A DNA stretch of 64,000 nt from Acidimicrobiia bacterium. Its GTDB lineage: Bacteria; Actinomycetota; Acidimicrobiia; Spongiisociales; SHLN01. A program made the translations under genes and the position numbers. Location of the stretch: assembly GCA_041609995.1 (NCBI GenBank), contig JBFIPU010000001.1, positions 8,305-72,304 on the forward strand, in the 5' to 3' direction. Positions 1 through 9,189 of the stretch are shown piece by piece. The notes under the pieces are model-generated. The model was not told where the DNA came from and did no database searches. It saw only the letters and a program-made list of their open reading frames with translations. Within the stretch, counting starts at the first letter, position 1. Every line of letters begins with the position of its first letter.

Positions 1-987
1 GGGATCATCCATCGCCTGAGCGCGCGAGGCCCAGGTCTGGCCGACGACGTACTCGCCCGTCTGGAAGGCGGCCTGGATGTCGTCGGTACTGTAGGAGCCG
101 CCGGTGACGCCACCGCAGGTCTCCAGCATGTCCTTGAGGATGTTGGCGGCCTGGATGCCCTCCGGAGAATTCCAGTTGGGCTGTCCGGTCACCGGATCCA
201 CTGGATCCAGTCCCAGCGAGCCGAGCACATTGTCGAATTCGATCTGCCACGACCAGCCGGCCGAGAGCATCAGACCGAAGCCGGCGTAGCCGTTCTCCTC
301 GAGCGTCGGGCACATGGCCAACGCCTCGTCAAACGTCGTCGGAACCGCCAACCCCAACTGGTTGAGCACCGGCTCGTTGTAGAACACGTGCATCGAGTTG
401 GAGACCATCGGAACGGCATAGATGTTGCCGTCGATCGAACCGAGCTCGAAGAACGCCGGGTCGATCTCGTCGAGGTTGTACTCGTCGCGGTACTTGTCGA
501 TGAGGTCGTTGAGCGGCAGCAGAGCGTCCTTGTTGGCCAGCTCGATGATGAAGCTGTTCGAACCCTGGATGATCTCGAAATTGGGTTCACCGGTCGCCAC
601 GTCCAGCGTCACCTGGTTACGGGCCTCTTGCGAATCCAAGAATTGCACGTTGAAGGAATAGTTTCCTTCCGCGCACTCTTCCAGTTCGGCCGCATACTGG
701 CTGACGATGGGGAACTCCCAGCCCATCATGTCGATCTGCACCTCGGAGTCGGGGTTCGGGATCGGACATTCGGCGCTGATCATCTCCATAGCGCCGTCGT
801 CCGGTGCCGGAGCCGGAGTGGTCTCGGTTGCACCGTCGTCGGCGGGGGCTGCCGTGGTGGCAGTCGTCTCGTCCGGCGTCGTCTCGGTGGAGCCGCCACA
901 GGCGGCCGCCACCATCGCGAGAACGAGGATGAGTGCCAGCAAACGGTGGCGCCTCAGCCTGCTTGTCGCTGTTTTCATGGGTTTCAT
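1..987 (-). CDS. ABC transporter substrate-binding lipoprotein (sugar-type); 3' part runs off the window edge
   Basis: Not in the ORF track because it is truncated. Minus strand reads MKPMKTATSRLRRHRLLALILVLAMVAAACGGSTETT (lipobox AAAC, Thr/Pro-rich linker), then ...IYAVPMVSNSMHVFYNEPVLNQLGLAVPTTFDE, typical of extracellular solute-binding family 1. RBS GGAGGA at 991-996. Confidence 0.85.
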   Translation of the reverse strand, partial: MKPMKTATSRLRRHRLLALILVLAMVAAACGGSTETTPDETTATTAAPADDGATETTPAPAPDDGAMEMISAECPIPNPDSEVQIDMMGWEFPIVSQYAAELEECAEGNYSFNVQFLDSQEARNQVTLDVATGEPNFEIIQGSNSFIIELANKDALLPLNDLIDKYRDEYNLDEIDPAFFELGSIDGNIYAVPMVSNSMHVFYNEPVLNQLGLAVPTTFDEALAMCPTLEENGYAGFGLMLSAGWSWQIEFDNVLGSLGLDPVDPVTGQPNWNSPEGIQAANILKDMLETCGGVTGGSYSTDDIQAAFQTGEYVVGQTWASRAQAMDDP

Positions 988-1029
988 GTTTCCTCCATGC
1001 GGCCTCCCAGCCGCCTCAGTTTCAATTGT

Positions 1030-1776
1030 CTATGGAAGCGACGCCGATGGTGTCGGCGTGCTCACGTGAGGATGGGATCTGTTGAGGTTGGGATCAAAGC
1101 TCAGCCACTGTTCGAGCGCGGCGGTCACGAACTCCGGGTTGTCGAGTGGGGACAGGTGCCCCGCCCCCGGCACCGCCGCCAACTGTGCACCAGGTATAGC
1201 CGATGCGATTTCGCTGTGCATCCCGGCGTCGCACACCTGCTCATGTTCGCCGTACAGCACCAGGGTCGGGCAGGAGATGTCTGCCAGTGTCGGGCGGCTG
1301 TCGGGGCGGGTGGGCTGAGCGGCGTTCTGGCGCAGGAAAGCATCCGGCCCGATGTTCTCGGCCATGGCGACGATGAGCTCACCGAGCTCCTCGACCCGCC
1401 AGGCCAACATCGGCATCAGCATCGGAGTGATGTCCGAGAACCGACCGGCGGCAACCATCTCGGCGAACCGGTCCCACGTCTCGATTTGCATCGGTGTAGC
1501 GGGCCGGGGATTGGTGTCGAGGAGGGCCAGGCGTTCGACCCGTTCCGGCTCGCGTCGCATGATCTCCATGGCCACGATGCCGCCCAGAGAGAGGCCGGCC
1601 AGCGCGAAACGCGCCGGAGCCTCGTCCAATACGTCGTCGGCCAGGCCGGCGATCGTGTCGGACCTCGTCAAATCGCCCACCTGCACCGGCCGCCCCGCGG
1701 CAAGAGCCTTCACCTGGTGGGCGAACAATCGCTCGTCGCAGAGCGTTCCCGGCAACAGCAACAACGGTGTGCTCAT
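1030..1776 (-). CDS. alpha/beta fold hydrolase
   Basis: LLLLPGTLCD oxyanion region, nucleophile elbow GLSLGG, C-terminal GAGHL. ATGA overlap with the upstream cupin gene. Confidence 0.9.
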   Translation of the reverse strand: MSTPLLLLPGTLCDERLFAHQVKALAAGRPVQVGDLTRSDTIAGLADDVLDEAPARFALAGLSLGGIVAMEIMRREPERVERLALLDTNPRPATPMQIETWDRFAEMVAAGRFSDITPMLMPMLAWRVEELGELIVAMAENIGPDAFLRQNAAQPTRPDSRPTLADISCPTLVLYGEHEQVCDAGMHSEIASAIPGAQLAAVPGAGHLSPLDNPEFVTAALEQWLSFDPNLNRSHPHVSTPTPSASLP

Positions 1777-2912
1777 GCGAAGCTCCGTCGGTGCTTGCGC
1801 ACGAGGTGGGCGGGCGCCAGGTAGCCGCCGGCGTCGATCACGGTTCCGGCGTCCCGAGCTGCCTCGACGGTCTCATCGGGCCATTCGAGATGGATCCGGG
1901 TGTCGCCGCCGTTGACGACCAGCAGGTGGGCGGGGTCCGATCCGGTATTGCGGAAGGACCGCCACACTCCAGGCGGGATGGACACCACCGAGCCGGGCTG
2001 GAGGTCCCGGCTCAGCAAATCATCGCCCTGGTTCACGTCGAGCACCCACCCATCGTCGGCCACCAGGAGACATTGGGTCTCGTGGCTGCGATGGCGTGAA
2101 ACCGAGTTGCCGGCCGGCACGCGCAGCCAGTCGAGGCTGAACGTGTGGGGGTCGTAGATGGGCGGCGCCTGGTCACGGTCCATCGTCATGCCCCAGCCGA
2201 TGACGGGGGCCAGCGAGCTGGCGTGCTCCGGCAGCATCGAGTCGGCCAGGGCGTGGTCGCTCCACGCCAAGTCCCCTTCACTCACCAACCGGGCCAACAA
2301 CTCGGCTTCGGTGTAGGTGCGGAGGCGCGAAACGTCCTCCTCGGACATGGGAGCCATGATCTCGCGTCCATCCAGCGAGTCGCCGGCCGCGGTGTCGAGC
2401 AGAGTGTTGTCCTCCAGCAGATGGAGACCCGTGTCGGCTGCCCGGGCGAGCACCCGGGGCGACCACATGATCCCACCGGTGTCATCGCCGCCGAGCACGG
2501 CGTAGAGCACTGAATCTTCGATACCGATGTTGCGAAAGCCCCGAAAGATCCACGTCGGAACCGAGAGGACAAACCGCCCCGAGGCCTCAAACGTCTGGTC
2601 TTCTTCCACGCCCACCCGAAACTCGTATTCCCCACCGAGGGAGACGAACACCTCAGCCGTGTAGTGGAGGTGCTGGTTGTTGATGGCCCCGGGTGGCATA
2701 CCGGCAGCCCCGATATTGAAGCCGTGGGCTTCGCGCAGGTTGATGTGCTGAGTCGGGTTCTCGGATACTCCGGGCCCGATCATGGAGAAGTTCAGCTTTC
2801 CTTCCGAGCCCGGCAGCCGCACATCGACAAAGGCGGCGTCGTCGGCCACGAAGGCGGACGGCGGAATCACCCGCTCGTCCAGGTCGGACCCGGTCATGAC
2901 CGGCGCGTTCAT
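1773..2912 (-). CDS. tandem (bi-)cupin domain protein
   Basis: Two cupin motif sets (NNQHLHYTAEVF...SVPTWIFRGFRN and VSRHRSHETQC...SIPPGVWRSFRN). Start placed at ATG 2912 (ATGA overlap with the upstream stop, GGAG RBS). Confidence 0.8.
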   Translation of the reverse strand: MNAPVMTGSDLDERVIPPSAFVADDAAFVDVRLPGSEGKLNFSMIGPGVSENPTQHINLREAHGFNIGAAGMPPGAINNQHLHYTAEVFVSLGGEYEFRVGVEEDQTFEASGRFVLSVPTWIFRGFRNIGIEDSVLYAVLGGDDTGGIMWSPRVLARAADTGLHLLEDNTLLDTAAGDSLDGREIMAPMSEEDVSRLRTYTEAELLARLVSEGDLAWSDHALADSMLPEHASSLAPVIGWGMTMDRDQAPPIYDPHTFSLDWLRVPAGNSVSRHRSHETQCLLVADDGWVLDVNQGDDLLSRDLQPGSVVSIPPGVWRSFRNTGSDPAHLLVVNGGDTRIHLEWPDETVEAARDAGTVIDAGGYLAPAHLVRKHRRSFA

Positions 2913-4201
2913 TCCGTCTTCTCCGTGGGCCAATCCGGTTCTTCGGCAACCTCCTGGGACTCCGGCTGCTGGGCGGAGCCGGCGCCCGTGGCATCGCCGT
3001 CCTGGGCAGTGTCCGGCAGGTCCTTCGCATCGGAACGGAAGGGGGGACGCAGCGACCAGTCGGGAGCGTGGATTTGTTTGAGGATCGAGAATTCATCGAA
3101 GACCGTCCACTCCGCGGTGATGCGCCCGTCCTGGATCAAATGGTGCGTGAAACCGAGCGTGCGAACTCGCCGGCCGGTGGGGGCCCCGTAGCTCGATGGC
3201 CCGTCATGGGTCCCTTCCAGGATCCAGCGAGTGGCCACGACCGTTCCCCCCACCCGCTCGTTGGCCATGGTGTGATCCACGACGAGGCCGAGATCACCGA
3301 AGGCCGCCAGCCATTCCAGAACCCGGTGCCGATACGCGCCATGACCGTGGAGCGTTCGGTTGGTTGACGTCTCGACGTAGATGTTGGGGGCGAACACCTC
3401 TTCGATCCGGTCGAGGCGCCGGCGATTCCAGATGTCGTGCAGGGCTCCCCGAACGAAGAACTCGGCGTCCGACATGCCAATCGGCTTCTCCCCCAGCGGG
3501 TCGGGAGACCGTTGACCGAGGCTGCGGATCACGCCTCCCACCCCGCCCGCCAGCGGTCCGCCGCGACGTATTGCCTCCTCGGCTCCCAGCGTGCGGGCCA
3601 ACTCGAACTCGTCCAATCCCATGGCGCGAATGGCGGCGAGTTCGTCGCGGGTCACCCATTCCTCGACGATCAGGTTGTCTTTCACGACACAGTGTGCGAC
3701 CGCCTTCCGCCGCATCGTCCGGTTCGTGGGCGCACCGTAGGCGCTCCAACCCAGGTTGGTTCCCTGGTGGGTGATCCGATGGGAGGTGTGGAAACCCCGT
3801 TCTCCGTCCCCGGACCAGACCACGTCATCGCCCAGCAACTTGAGGTCGGGATAGGCGGCCATGGTCTGCGCACTGCCGGCCACGATCTCGTCGACGCCGT
3901 GCACATCTCCGTCGGCGGTGTGCAGGAGCACGTTGTGGGCGTAATGGTCGTAGATTCGACCGAGGCCCCCCTCCTCCCAGATGCGGTGGGTGCAGCGGAT
4001 GATGTAGTGAACGATGTCTGCATAGATGTCTTCGAAGCCATCGAGCACCTGCCGGCGGATTCCGTCGTCGGCAAAGAAGAGGTCGATCCCCCGGGCCGGT
4101 GCGTCTACCACTTCGCCGTCGCCGGGGGACGCCAGGGCCGCCACGTCCGCTCCCCCTGAAGCCGTGGGCTCGATCGGCTCGGGGCGCAGGGGATCAGCCA
4201 C
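2909..4201 (-). CDS. tandem SnoaL-like / ester cyclase (NTF2-like) domain protein
   Basis: Two repeats of the ester-cyclase pattern (THQGT...YGAPTNR...IVEEWVTRD; GTHDG...YGAPTGRRV...ITAEWTVFD). Real start is probably GTG 4201 after GGAGAG, overlapping the LacI stop; the ORF-track extension to 4528 overlaps LacI. Confidence 0.8.
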   Translation of the reverse strand: MADPLRPEPIEPTASGGADVAALASPGDGEVVDAPARGIDLFFADDGIRRQVLDGFEDIYADIVHYIIRCTHRIWEEGGLGRIYDHYAHNVLLHTADGDVHGVDEIVAGSAQTMAAYPDLKLLGDDVVWSGDGERGFHTSHRITHQGTNLGWSAYGAPTNRTMRRKAVAHCVVKDNLIVEEWVTRDELAAIRAMGLDEFELARTLGAEEAIRRGGPLAGGVGGVIRSLGQRSPDPLGEKPIGMSDAEFFVRGALHDIWNRRRLDRIEEVFAPNIYVETSTNRTLHGHGAYRHRVLEWLAAFGDLGLVVDHTMANERVGGTVVATRWILEGTHDGPSSYGAPTGRRVRTLGFTHHLIQDGRITAEWTVFDEFSILKQIHAPDWSLRPPFRSDAKDLPDTAQDGDATGAGSAQQPESQEVAEEPDWPTEKTE

Positions 4202-5216
4202 CCGGATCTCTCCGATCGGCGACCGTTGAACGGATCGCGAGCAGCCCGGCAACCGTTCGGTTTTCCGCGACCGGTGGGTCGCCGGTGGCGAGCTCCAGGG
4301 CCTCATGCACCAGGAGGTCGAGGGGCTGTTCGACCGTGGTGAGGCTGTACGACAGCCAGGCTGCCTGCGGGAGGCCATCGAATCCGGTGACAGATATGTC
4401 TTCGGGGACTCCCCGGCCTGCTCGGCGGAGCCCGTCCATGAGGCCGAACGCAATGCTGTCCGAGGCCGCCATGACCGCATCAGGCGCCGGATCGAGGGAC
4501 AAGATCTGGTCGGAGACCGCCAGGCCATTGTGGTAGGTGAACGCTCCGGCCTCTATGTAGGGGCACGCCACCCCATGATCCGCCAGACGTTCGACGGCGG
4601 CCCGATAGCGCTCCTGGTCCGCCGCCGAGGTGCGCACGCCACCCACATAGACGATGTTGCGGTGACCGGTGTCGACAAGATGATCGGCCAGCGCCGTCAT
4701 ACCTCCCGCGGCATCGACGGAGACCGAGGCGACCCCCGTCTGGTGACCGTGGTAATTGAATAGAACAACGGGGATGCCGGACTCGGCGAGCACCGCCGCC
4801 TGACTGGGAGCCAGGATCATGGCCGAGACGATGAGGGCGTCGAGCTGATATGACTGCACCGCCTTCAACACGTGTTCCACGTCGGAGCCGATCTCGTATT
4901 CGAACAGGAGCAGCTGCAGGTCGCGGGTGACGAGCGCCGACGTGAACAGCGTGATGACGTGCTGGTAGTAGTCGCTCTCGTCGGGCACGACCAGCCCGAT
5001 GATGCCGCTGGAGCGTGAAGCCAGGGTTCGCGCCATGGCGTTGGGTTGGTACCGCAGTTTGGCGGCAGCCTTCAGCACCTTCTCTCGCGCCTCCTCGGAC
5101 ACCGATTCGGGTGAGCTGAACGTGCGTGAGACAGTGGCCTGCGACACCTGGGCTTCACGGGCAACGTCGTGGGAGGTCGGCCGAAATGGCGGTCGGCGCT
5201 CGCGTGCGTCACCCAC
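4194..5216 (-). CDS. LacI family transcriptional regulator
   Basis: N-terminal HTH PTSHDVAREAQVSQATVSRTF...YQPNAMARTL; C-terminal VPEDISVTGFD...LTTVEQP. Start uncertain (5216, 5234 or 5276). Confidence 0.93.
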   Translation of the reverse strand: MGDARERRPPFRPTSHDVAREAQVSQATVSRTFSSPESVSEEAREKVLKAAAKLRYQPNAMARTLASRSSGIIGLVVPDESDYYQHVITLFTSALVTRDLQLLLFEYEIGSDVEHVLKAVQSYQLDALIVSAMILAPSQAAVLAESGIPVVLFNYHGHQTGVASVSVDAAGGMTALADHLVDTGHRNIVYVGGVRTSAADQERYRAAVERLADHGVACPYIEAGAFTYHNGLAVSDQILSLDPAPDAVMAASDSIAFGLMDGLRRAGRGVPEDISVTGFDGLPQAAWLSYSLTTVEQPLDLLVHEALELATGDPPVAENRTVAGLLAIRSTVADRRDPGG

Positions 5217-5297
5217 GCGCCCGATCCGATCCACCCTCGATCGCGGCAACGACCCCCACCATCGGCCCGCCGTCATCTGCCAGAGTGTCCCGCACCA

Positions 5298-5336
5298 TGA
5301 ATACGTATTATGAATACGTATTCAGCCTGTTGTCAA
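5298..5336 (-). promoter_or_regulatory. sigma70-type promoter (TTGACA-18-CATAAT) overlapped by two tandem LacI-type operators
   Basis: Minus-strand TTGACA at 5331-5336 and CATAAT at 5307-5312. Perfect palindrome TGAATACGTATTCA at 5311-5324, with a near copy TGAATACGTATTA at 5298-5310. Confidence 0.85.
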
Positions 5337-5424
5337 CCCCCGCTCTCATCTTTGCCCCTGGCGTGGGGACCGGGTTCGATCGGTCGGGATCGGCGTCCGA
5401 GCGCTCGAGGCGCTCGGGGGCCCA

Positions 5425-5778
5425 TCAGAGAGAAGCCTCCCAGCCGTCATAGTTGGCGCCATGGGCGGCTGCCAGTCGCACGAAGTGGGCGGCGTCCCCG
5501 GTGACGTTCTCGGGCGTGAGCACGTAGCCGTGGCGCTCGAAGACCACCGCCCAGCCGGCATAGCCGTCGGGAGGCGGCTTGGCGGTGGCCTGCCACTCGC
5601 CTCCGGCGGACGCCAAGGCCCGGGCCGCCGGCTCATCTGCCAGACCGAAGATGAAATGAAGCACATGCCTGGGTTGGGCCAGGTCGGCTCCGTGGTTGAG
5701 CAGGGCGCGCAGTACCTGGCGGTCCTCGGCACGGGCGCCGGCGTACGCGGCCAGGGAATTGTTGCGTCGAAAGATCAT
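5425..5778 (-). CDS. ribonuclease E inhibitor RraB-domain protein
   Basis: EDRQVLRALLNHGADLAQPRHVLHFIF...LAAAHGANYDGW matches the RraB-like pattern. Start MIFRR after GAAGGG. Confidence 0.7.
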   Translation of the reverse strand: MIFRRNNSLAAYAGARAEDRQVLRALLNHGADLAQPRHVLHFIFGLADEPAARALASAGGEWQATAKPPPDGYAGWAVVFERHGYVLTPENVTGDAAHFVRLAAAHGANYDGWEASL

Positions 5779-5884
5779 GGTTTCCCTTCGGCACGAGGGC
5801 TCCAACCATTCAGCGATCTCGACCGCGCGCGGGCACCCATCATGCGGCGCACGGGTGGGGGGAGCCCGGTGATAACCTCCGGTG

Positions 5885-6361
5885 GTGGAGCGTCCGCCCA
5901 ACACCCAAGCGGTTCGCTACCTGCGGGAGCGGGCCATCGACTTCACGACCCACCTGTATCGATACGAGGACGGTTCCGGAGCGGTCGGAGCCGCCGAGCT
6001 GCTCGGCGTTCCGTCCGAACAGGTGGTCAAGACGCTGATCATGGAGACCGAACAGGGCGAGCCCCTGTGCGTACTCATGCACGGAGATTCATCGGTCTCG
6101 ACCAAAGCCCTCGCCCGCCACCTGGGCGTGAAGAGCGTACGCACATCCGATCCGGCAGTGGCGGAGAAGCGAACGGGATACCGGGTCGGCGGCACGTCTC
6201 CCTTCGGGCTCCGCTCGCCGATGCCCATCTTCGTCCAGGCGTCCATCCTCGACCACGAGCGGGTCTACATCAATGGCGGCAAACGCGGGTTCCTGATGGG
6301 CCTCGCGACTGCCGACCTCGTGGGCCAGCTCGATTGCACCACCGTCGAGGTCCGGGCTTGA
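5885..6361 (+). CDS. ybaK: YbaK/EbsC Cys-tRNA(Pro) deacylase
   Basis: VVKTL and TGYRVGGTSPFG motifs, INGGKRG. Leaderless-type TAACCT 6 nt before GTG 5885. Confidence 0.9.
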   Translation: MERPPNTQAVRYLRERAIDFTTHLYRYEDGSGAVGAAELLGVPSEQVVKTLIMETEQGEPLCVLMHGDSSVSTKALARHLGVKSVRTSDPAVAEKRTGYRVGGTSPFGLRSPMPIFVQASILDHERVYINGGKRGFLMGLATADLVGQLDCTTVEVRA

Positions 6362-7410
6362 GGGACGCGAGGCGGGCTCTGGCCGATTTCGCCGGCGGCC
6401 CCCAGGCCGAGGACAGCCCCCTCTACGGAGCGCTGACGGACGCCATCATGAAGGACGAGTTCCTCTTCGACGTGACCTCGAGAACCCCGGCAGGCCAGCC
6501 GATTCCGCTCCACGTCTTGGCGGCCATCCAATACGTCCTGATGGACCGTCCCGCCGAAGAACTGGCCGCCTACTACCCGAACCTGACTGCCGAAGCCCGG
6601 GAGCCGGACGGGCGCCTGCCGGCCATTCTGCGGGCCTTCGTCGCTGACCACCGGAGCAGGATCGAACGATTGCTGGCGGAAAGGTCGGTGCAAACCAATG
6701 AGGTGGGGCGGATGGGCGTGCTGATGCCAGGGCTGTGCTACATCCACCAGCGCACAGAGAAACCCTTGAGCGTCATCGAAATCGGATGCTCGGCGGGCTT
6801 GCTGTTGGGATGGGAGGACTACTTCTTCGACTACGGCCGGGCCGGGTCGTTGGGCGACCCCGACGCCGACGTCGTGCTCCGGCCCGAGCTGCGCGGACGA
6901 GGCGCGCCGCCGATCAGCGGCGGGATGCCGCCTACTGCCATCCGGATCGGGATCGACCTGGCACCGCTCGATGCCACCGACCCGGCTGACGCCGACTGGC
7001 TGAGGGCACTCGTCTGGCCCGAGCACGCGAAGCGCCGGGAGCGTCTCAATCGCGCCCTGGAGACGGTGGCGAAGCACCCGCCCCGCCTGGTCGCCGGTGA
7101 TGCCATCCACCTGCTCCCGGAACTGCTGGGCCGGCTGGACCCGGGCTCCACGAGGGTCGTCATGCACTCCATCGCGCTGTACCAGTTCGAACGGCCGGCC
7201 AGAGACGAAATAGACCGGATCCTGCGGGAGGCCGGTGAAACCGGCCCCGTTTACCGCCTCGAGTTCGAGTTCAACCCCGGCGAAAAGGGCGTGACCCAGC
7301 CGTTTCTACGGCTCCGCAGCTATGCGGACGGGACCGTCGAAGAAGAAGAGATCCTGGCTGCCGCCCAATATCACGGCCGTTGGCTGGAGTGGCTTCTCCC
7401 TACGTCGTGA
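6358..7410 (+). CDS. DUF2332 family protein
   Basis: SPLY, VQTNEVGR, IEIGCSAGLLL, WLRALVWPEH, HGRWLEW motifs. Start likely TTG 6358 overlapping the ybaK stop; the ORF-track extension to 5461 is spurious. Confidence 0.8.
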   Translation: MRDARRALADFAGGPQAEDSPLYGALTDAIMKDEFLFDVTSRTPAGQPIPLHVLAAIQYVLMDRPAEELAAYYPNLTAEAREPDGRLPAILRAFVADHRSRIERLLAERSVQTNEVGRMGVLMPGLCYIHQRTEKPLSVIEIGCSAGLLLGWEDYFFDYGRAGSLGDPDADVVLRPELRGRGAPPISGGMPPTAIRIGIDLAPLDATDPADADWLRALVWPEHAKRRERLNRALETVAKHPPRLVAGDAIHLLPELLGRLDPGSTRVVMHSIALYQFERPARDEIDRILREAGETGPVYRLEFEFNPGEKGVTQPFLRLRSYADGTVEEEEILAAAQYHGRWLEWLLPTS

Positions 7411-8353
7411 TCCGGCTGCGGGCCAGTTCGATGTACTCGGGAGACGTGTCGACGCATACGAAATGACGGCCGGTCATCCTTGCCGCCAGCGCCACCGTTC
7501 CCGAACCGCAGAAGGGGTCGAGCACCACGTCGCCCTGGAAGGTGAACAACTCGATGAGTTTTCGGGGCAGGTCGACCGGGAACGGAGCCGGGTGGCCGAC
7601 GCGCTTGGCTGACTCGGGCGGAATGTGCCACGTGTCGAGGGTCAATTCACGAAACTCGTCTTTGTCGATGGTGTCGATGTGGGGCAACCCGAGCTCGGCC
7701 CTCTTCTTACGGTTGGGGGCCCGGTCGAAGCGGCCCTTGGATGCGACGACGATGCGCTCGGTGACATCGCGCAGAACCGGGTTGGAGGCGGAGCCATAGG
7801 AGCCCCAGGCGCAGGATCCATTGGCGCCGGCGGCTTTGACCCACACGATCTCACCCCTCAGCAGCATGCCCAGATCGTCCTGAAGGATGCGGACGACGTC
7901 TGTCGACAGCGACCGGTACGGGCGGCGCCCGAGGTTGGCGACGTTGACCGCCATCCGCCCGCCCGGCTCGAGCGTCCGCAACGACTCGGCGAACACATCC
8001 CGGAGCATGGCGAGGTACTCGATGTAACTGGCCGGGACGCCGTTCTCACCCAGATCGGCTTCGTACTCCTTGCCGGCGAAATACGGCGGAGACGTCACCA
8101 TGAGGGCAATCGAATTATCGGGTATCTGCGGTAGGTCACGTGAGTCCTGGCACAGGAATTCGTCTTTGACGGGGCAGGGCGCCACCTGATCGTCGTCGGA
8201 GAGGAGCGGGGCCCCGAAGCGTTCGTAAAAGCCCGTGGCATCGTGCGACTCTCGCTTGCCTGAGCCGAAGCTGGCAGTCCGTGTTCGGGACCGGGGTCGC
8301 TGCGCACCGCCGGCGGAAGAACGCGGGGCGCGGGTTTCAGGGCTGGGGGGCAC
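7400..8353 (-). CDS. site-specific DNA methyltransferase, beta-class N4/N6 (SPPY)
   Basis: Motif IV VTSPPY precedes HPAPFP and motif I VVLDPFCGSGT. RBS GGAGG before the GTG start. Confidence 0.9.
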   Translation of the reverse strand: MPPSPETRAPRSSAGGAQRPRSRTRTASFGSGKRESHDATGFYERFGAPLLSDDDQVAPCPVKDEFLCQDSRDLPQIPDNSIALMVTSPPYFAGKEYEADLGENGVPASYIEYLAMLRDVFAESLRTLEPGGRMAVNVANLGRRPYRSLSTDVVRILQDDLGMLLRGEIVWVKAAGANGSCAWGSYGSASNPVLRDVTERIVVASKGRFDRAPNRKKRAELGLPHIDTIDKDEFRELTLDTWHIPPESAKRVGHPAPFPVDLPRKLIELFTFQGDVVLDPFCGSGTVALAARMTGRHFVCVDTSPEYIELARSRITT

Positions 8354-8456
8354 GAGACCTCCGGCTTGGCAGATAGCAGGTTTCGGTGCCAGATGAAGTT
8401 AGTGTCAGTTTTCCCACTCTCGAAGTACCCGGCTCGCGTCACCTGGATCTGTCAGG

Positions 8457-9170
8457 ATGAGTCCCGTGAAAACCATCGGCCTCGTCGGCGGCATGAGCTG
8501 GGAATCGTCCGCTGAGTATTACCGGATCATCAACCAGGAAACCCAGCGGCGACTGGGGGGCGTGGCGTCGGCCAGGTCCGTGATGGTCTCGGTCGACTTC
8601 GCCGATATCGAGGCAATGCAGGCGAGCGGAGACTGGGAAGGTGCCGCCGAAGCTGTCATCGCGGCTGCCCGGCAGGTGGAAACCGCCGGAGCCGACGTTC
8701 TGCTGTTGTGCACCAACACCATGCACCGGATCGCCCCCGAGGTCGCCGAGGCCATCTCGATCCCGCTGCTGCACATCGCCGACGCCACCATGGCCCGCAT
8801 CTCGGCGGCCGGCATCACCGACGTCGCTCTGCTCGGAACGCGCTACACGATGGAACAGGGCTTCTACCGGGACCGGCTCGCAGCCGGCGGTCTGCGGATA
8901 CGCGTCCCGCCCGAACCACAGCGCACCCGGATCCACGACATCATCTACGAGGAGCTGGTCCGGGGTGTGATCGATCCTTCCTCGCAGGCGGAGTACCAGG
9001 AAGCCATCGAGGACCTCGTCACCGCCGGAGCAGAGGGCGTCATCGGTGGTTGCACCGAGATCGAGCTCCTCGTGACCGCACAAGACCTCGACGTCCCGTT
9101 CTTCCCGACGGCCCGCATCCACGCCCTGGCAGCGGTGGACTGGGCGCTCGGAGCGGACGACGCTCCATGA
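8457..9170 (+). CDS. aspartate/glutamate racemase family protein
   Basis: IGLVGGMSWESS, LCTNTMH, GCTEI motifs with both catalytic Cys. Start may be GTG 8466. Confidence 0.92.
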   Translation: MSPVKTIGLVGGMSWESSAEYYRIINQETQRRLGGVASARSVMVSVDFADIEAMQASGDWEGAAEAVIAAARQVETAGADVLLLCTNTMHRIAPEVAEAISIPLLHIADATMARISAAGITDVALLGTRYTMEQGFYRDRLAAGGLRIRVPPEPQRTRIHDIIYEELVRGVIDPSSQAEYQEAIEDLVTAGAEGVIGGCTEIELLVTAQDLDVPFFPTARIHALAAVDWALGADDAP

Positions 9171-9189
9171 AGCACCGCCCCGAAAGCGG

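Noticed and set aside
388-1824. Long antisense ORFs (e.g. 388-1824, 58118-60259, 22720-24006, 17133-18359)
   Set aside because: They lie antisense to well-supported genes and are expected in high-GC DNA with few stop codons.
5461-6357. 649-aa ORF extension upstream of DUF2332
   Set aside because: It overlaps the rraB-like and ybaK genes in other frames; a GC-rich shadow ORF.
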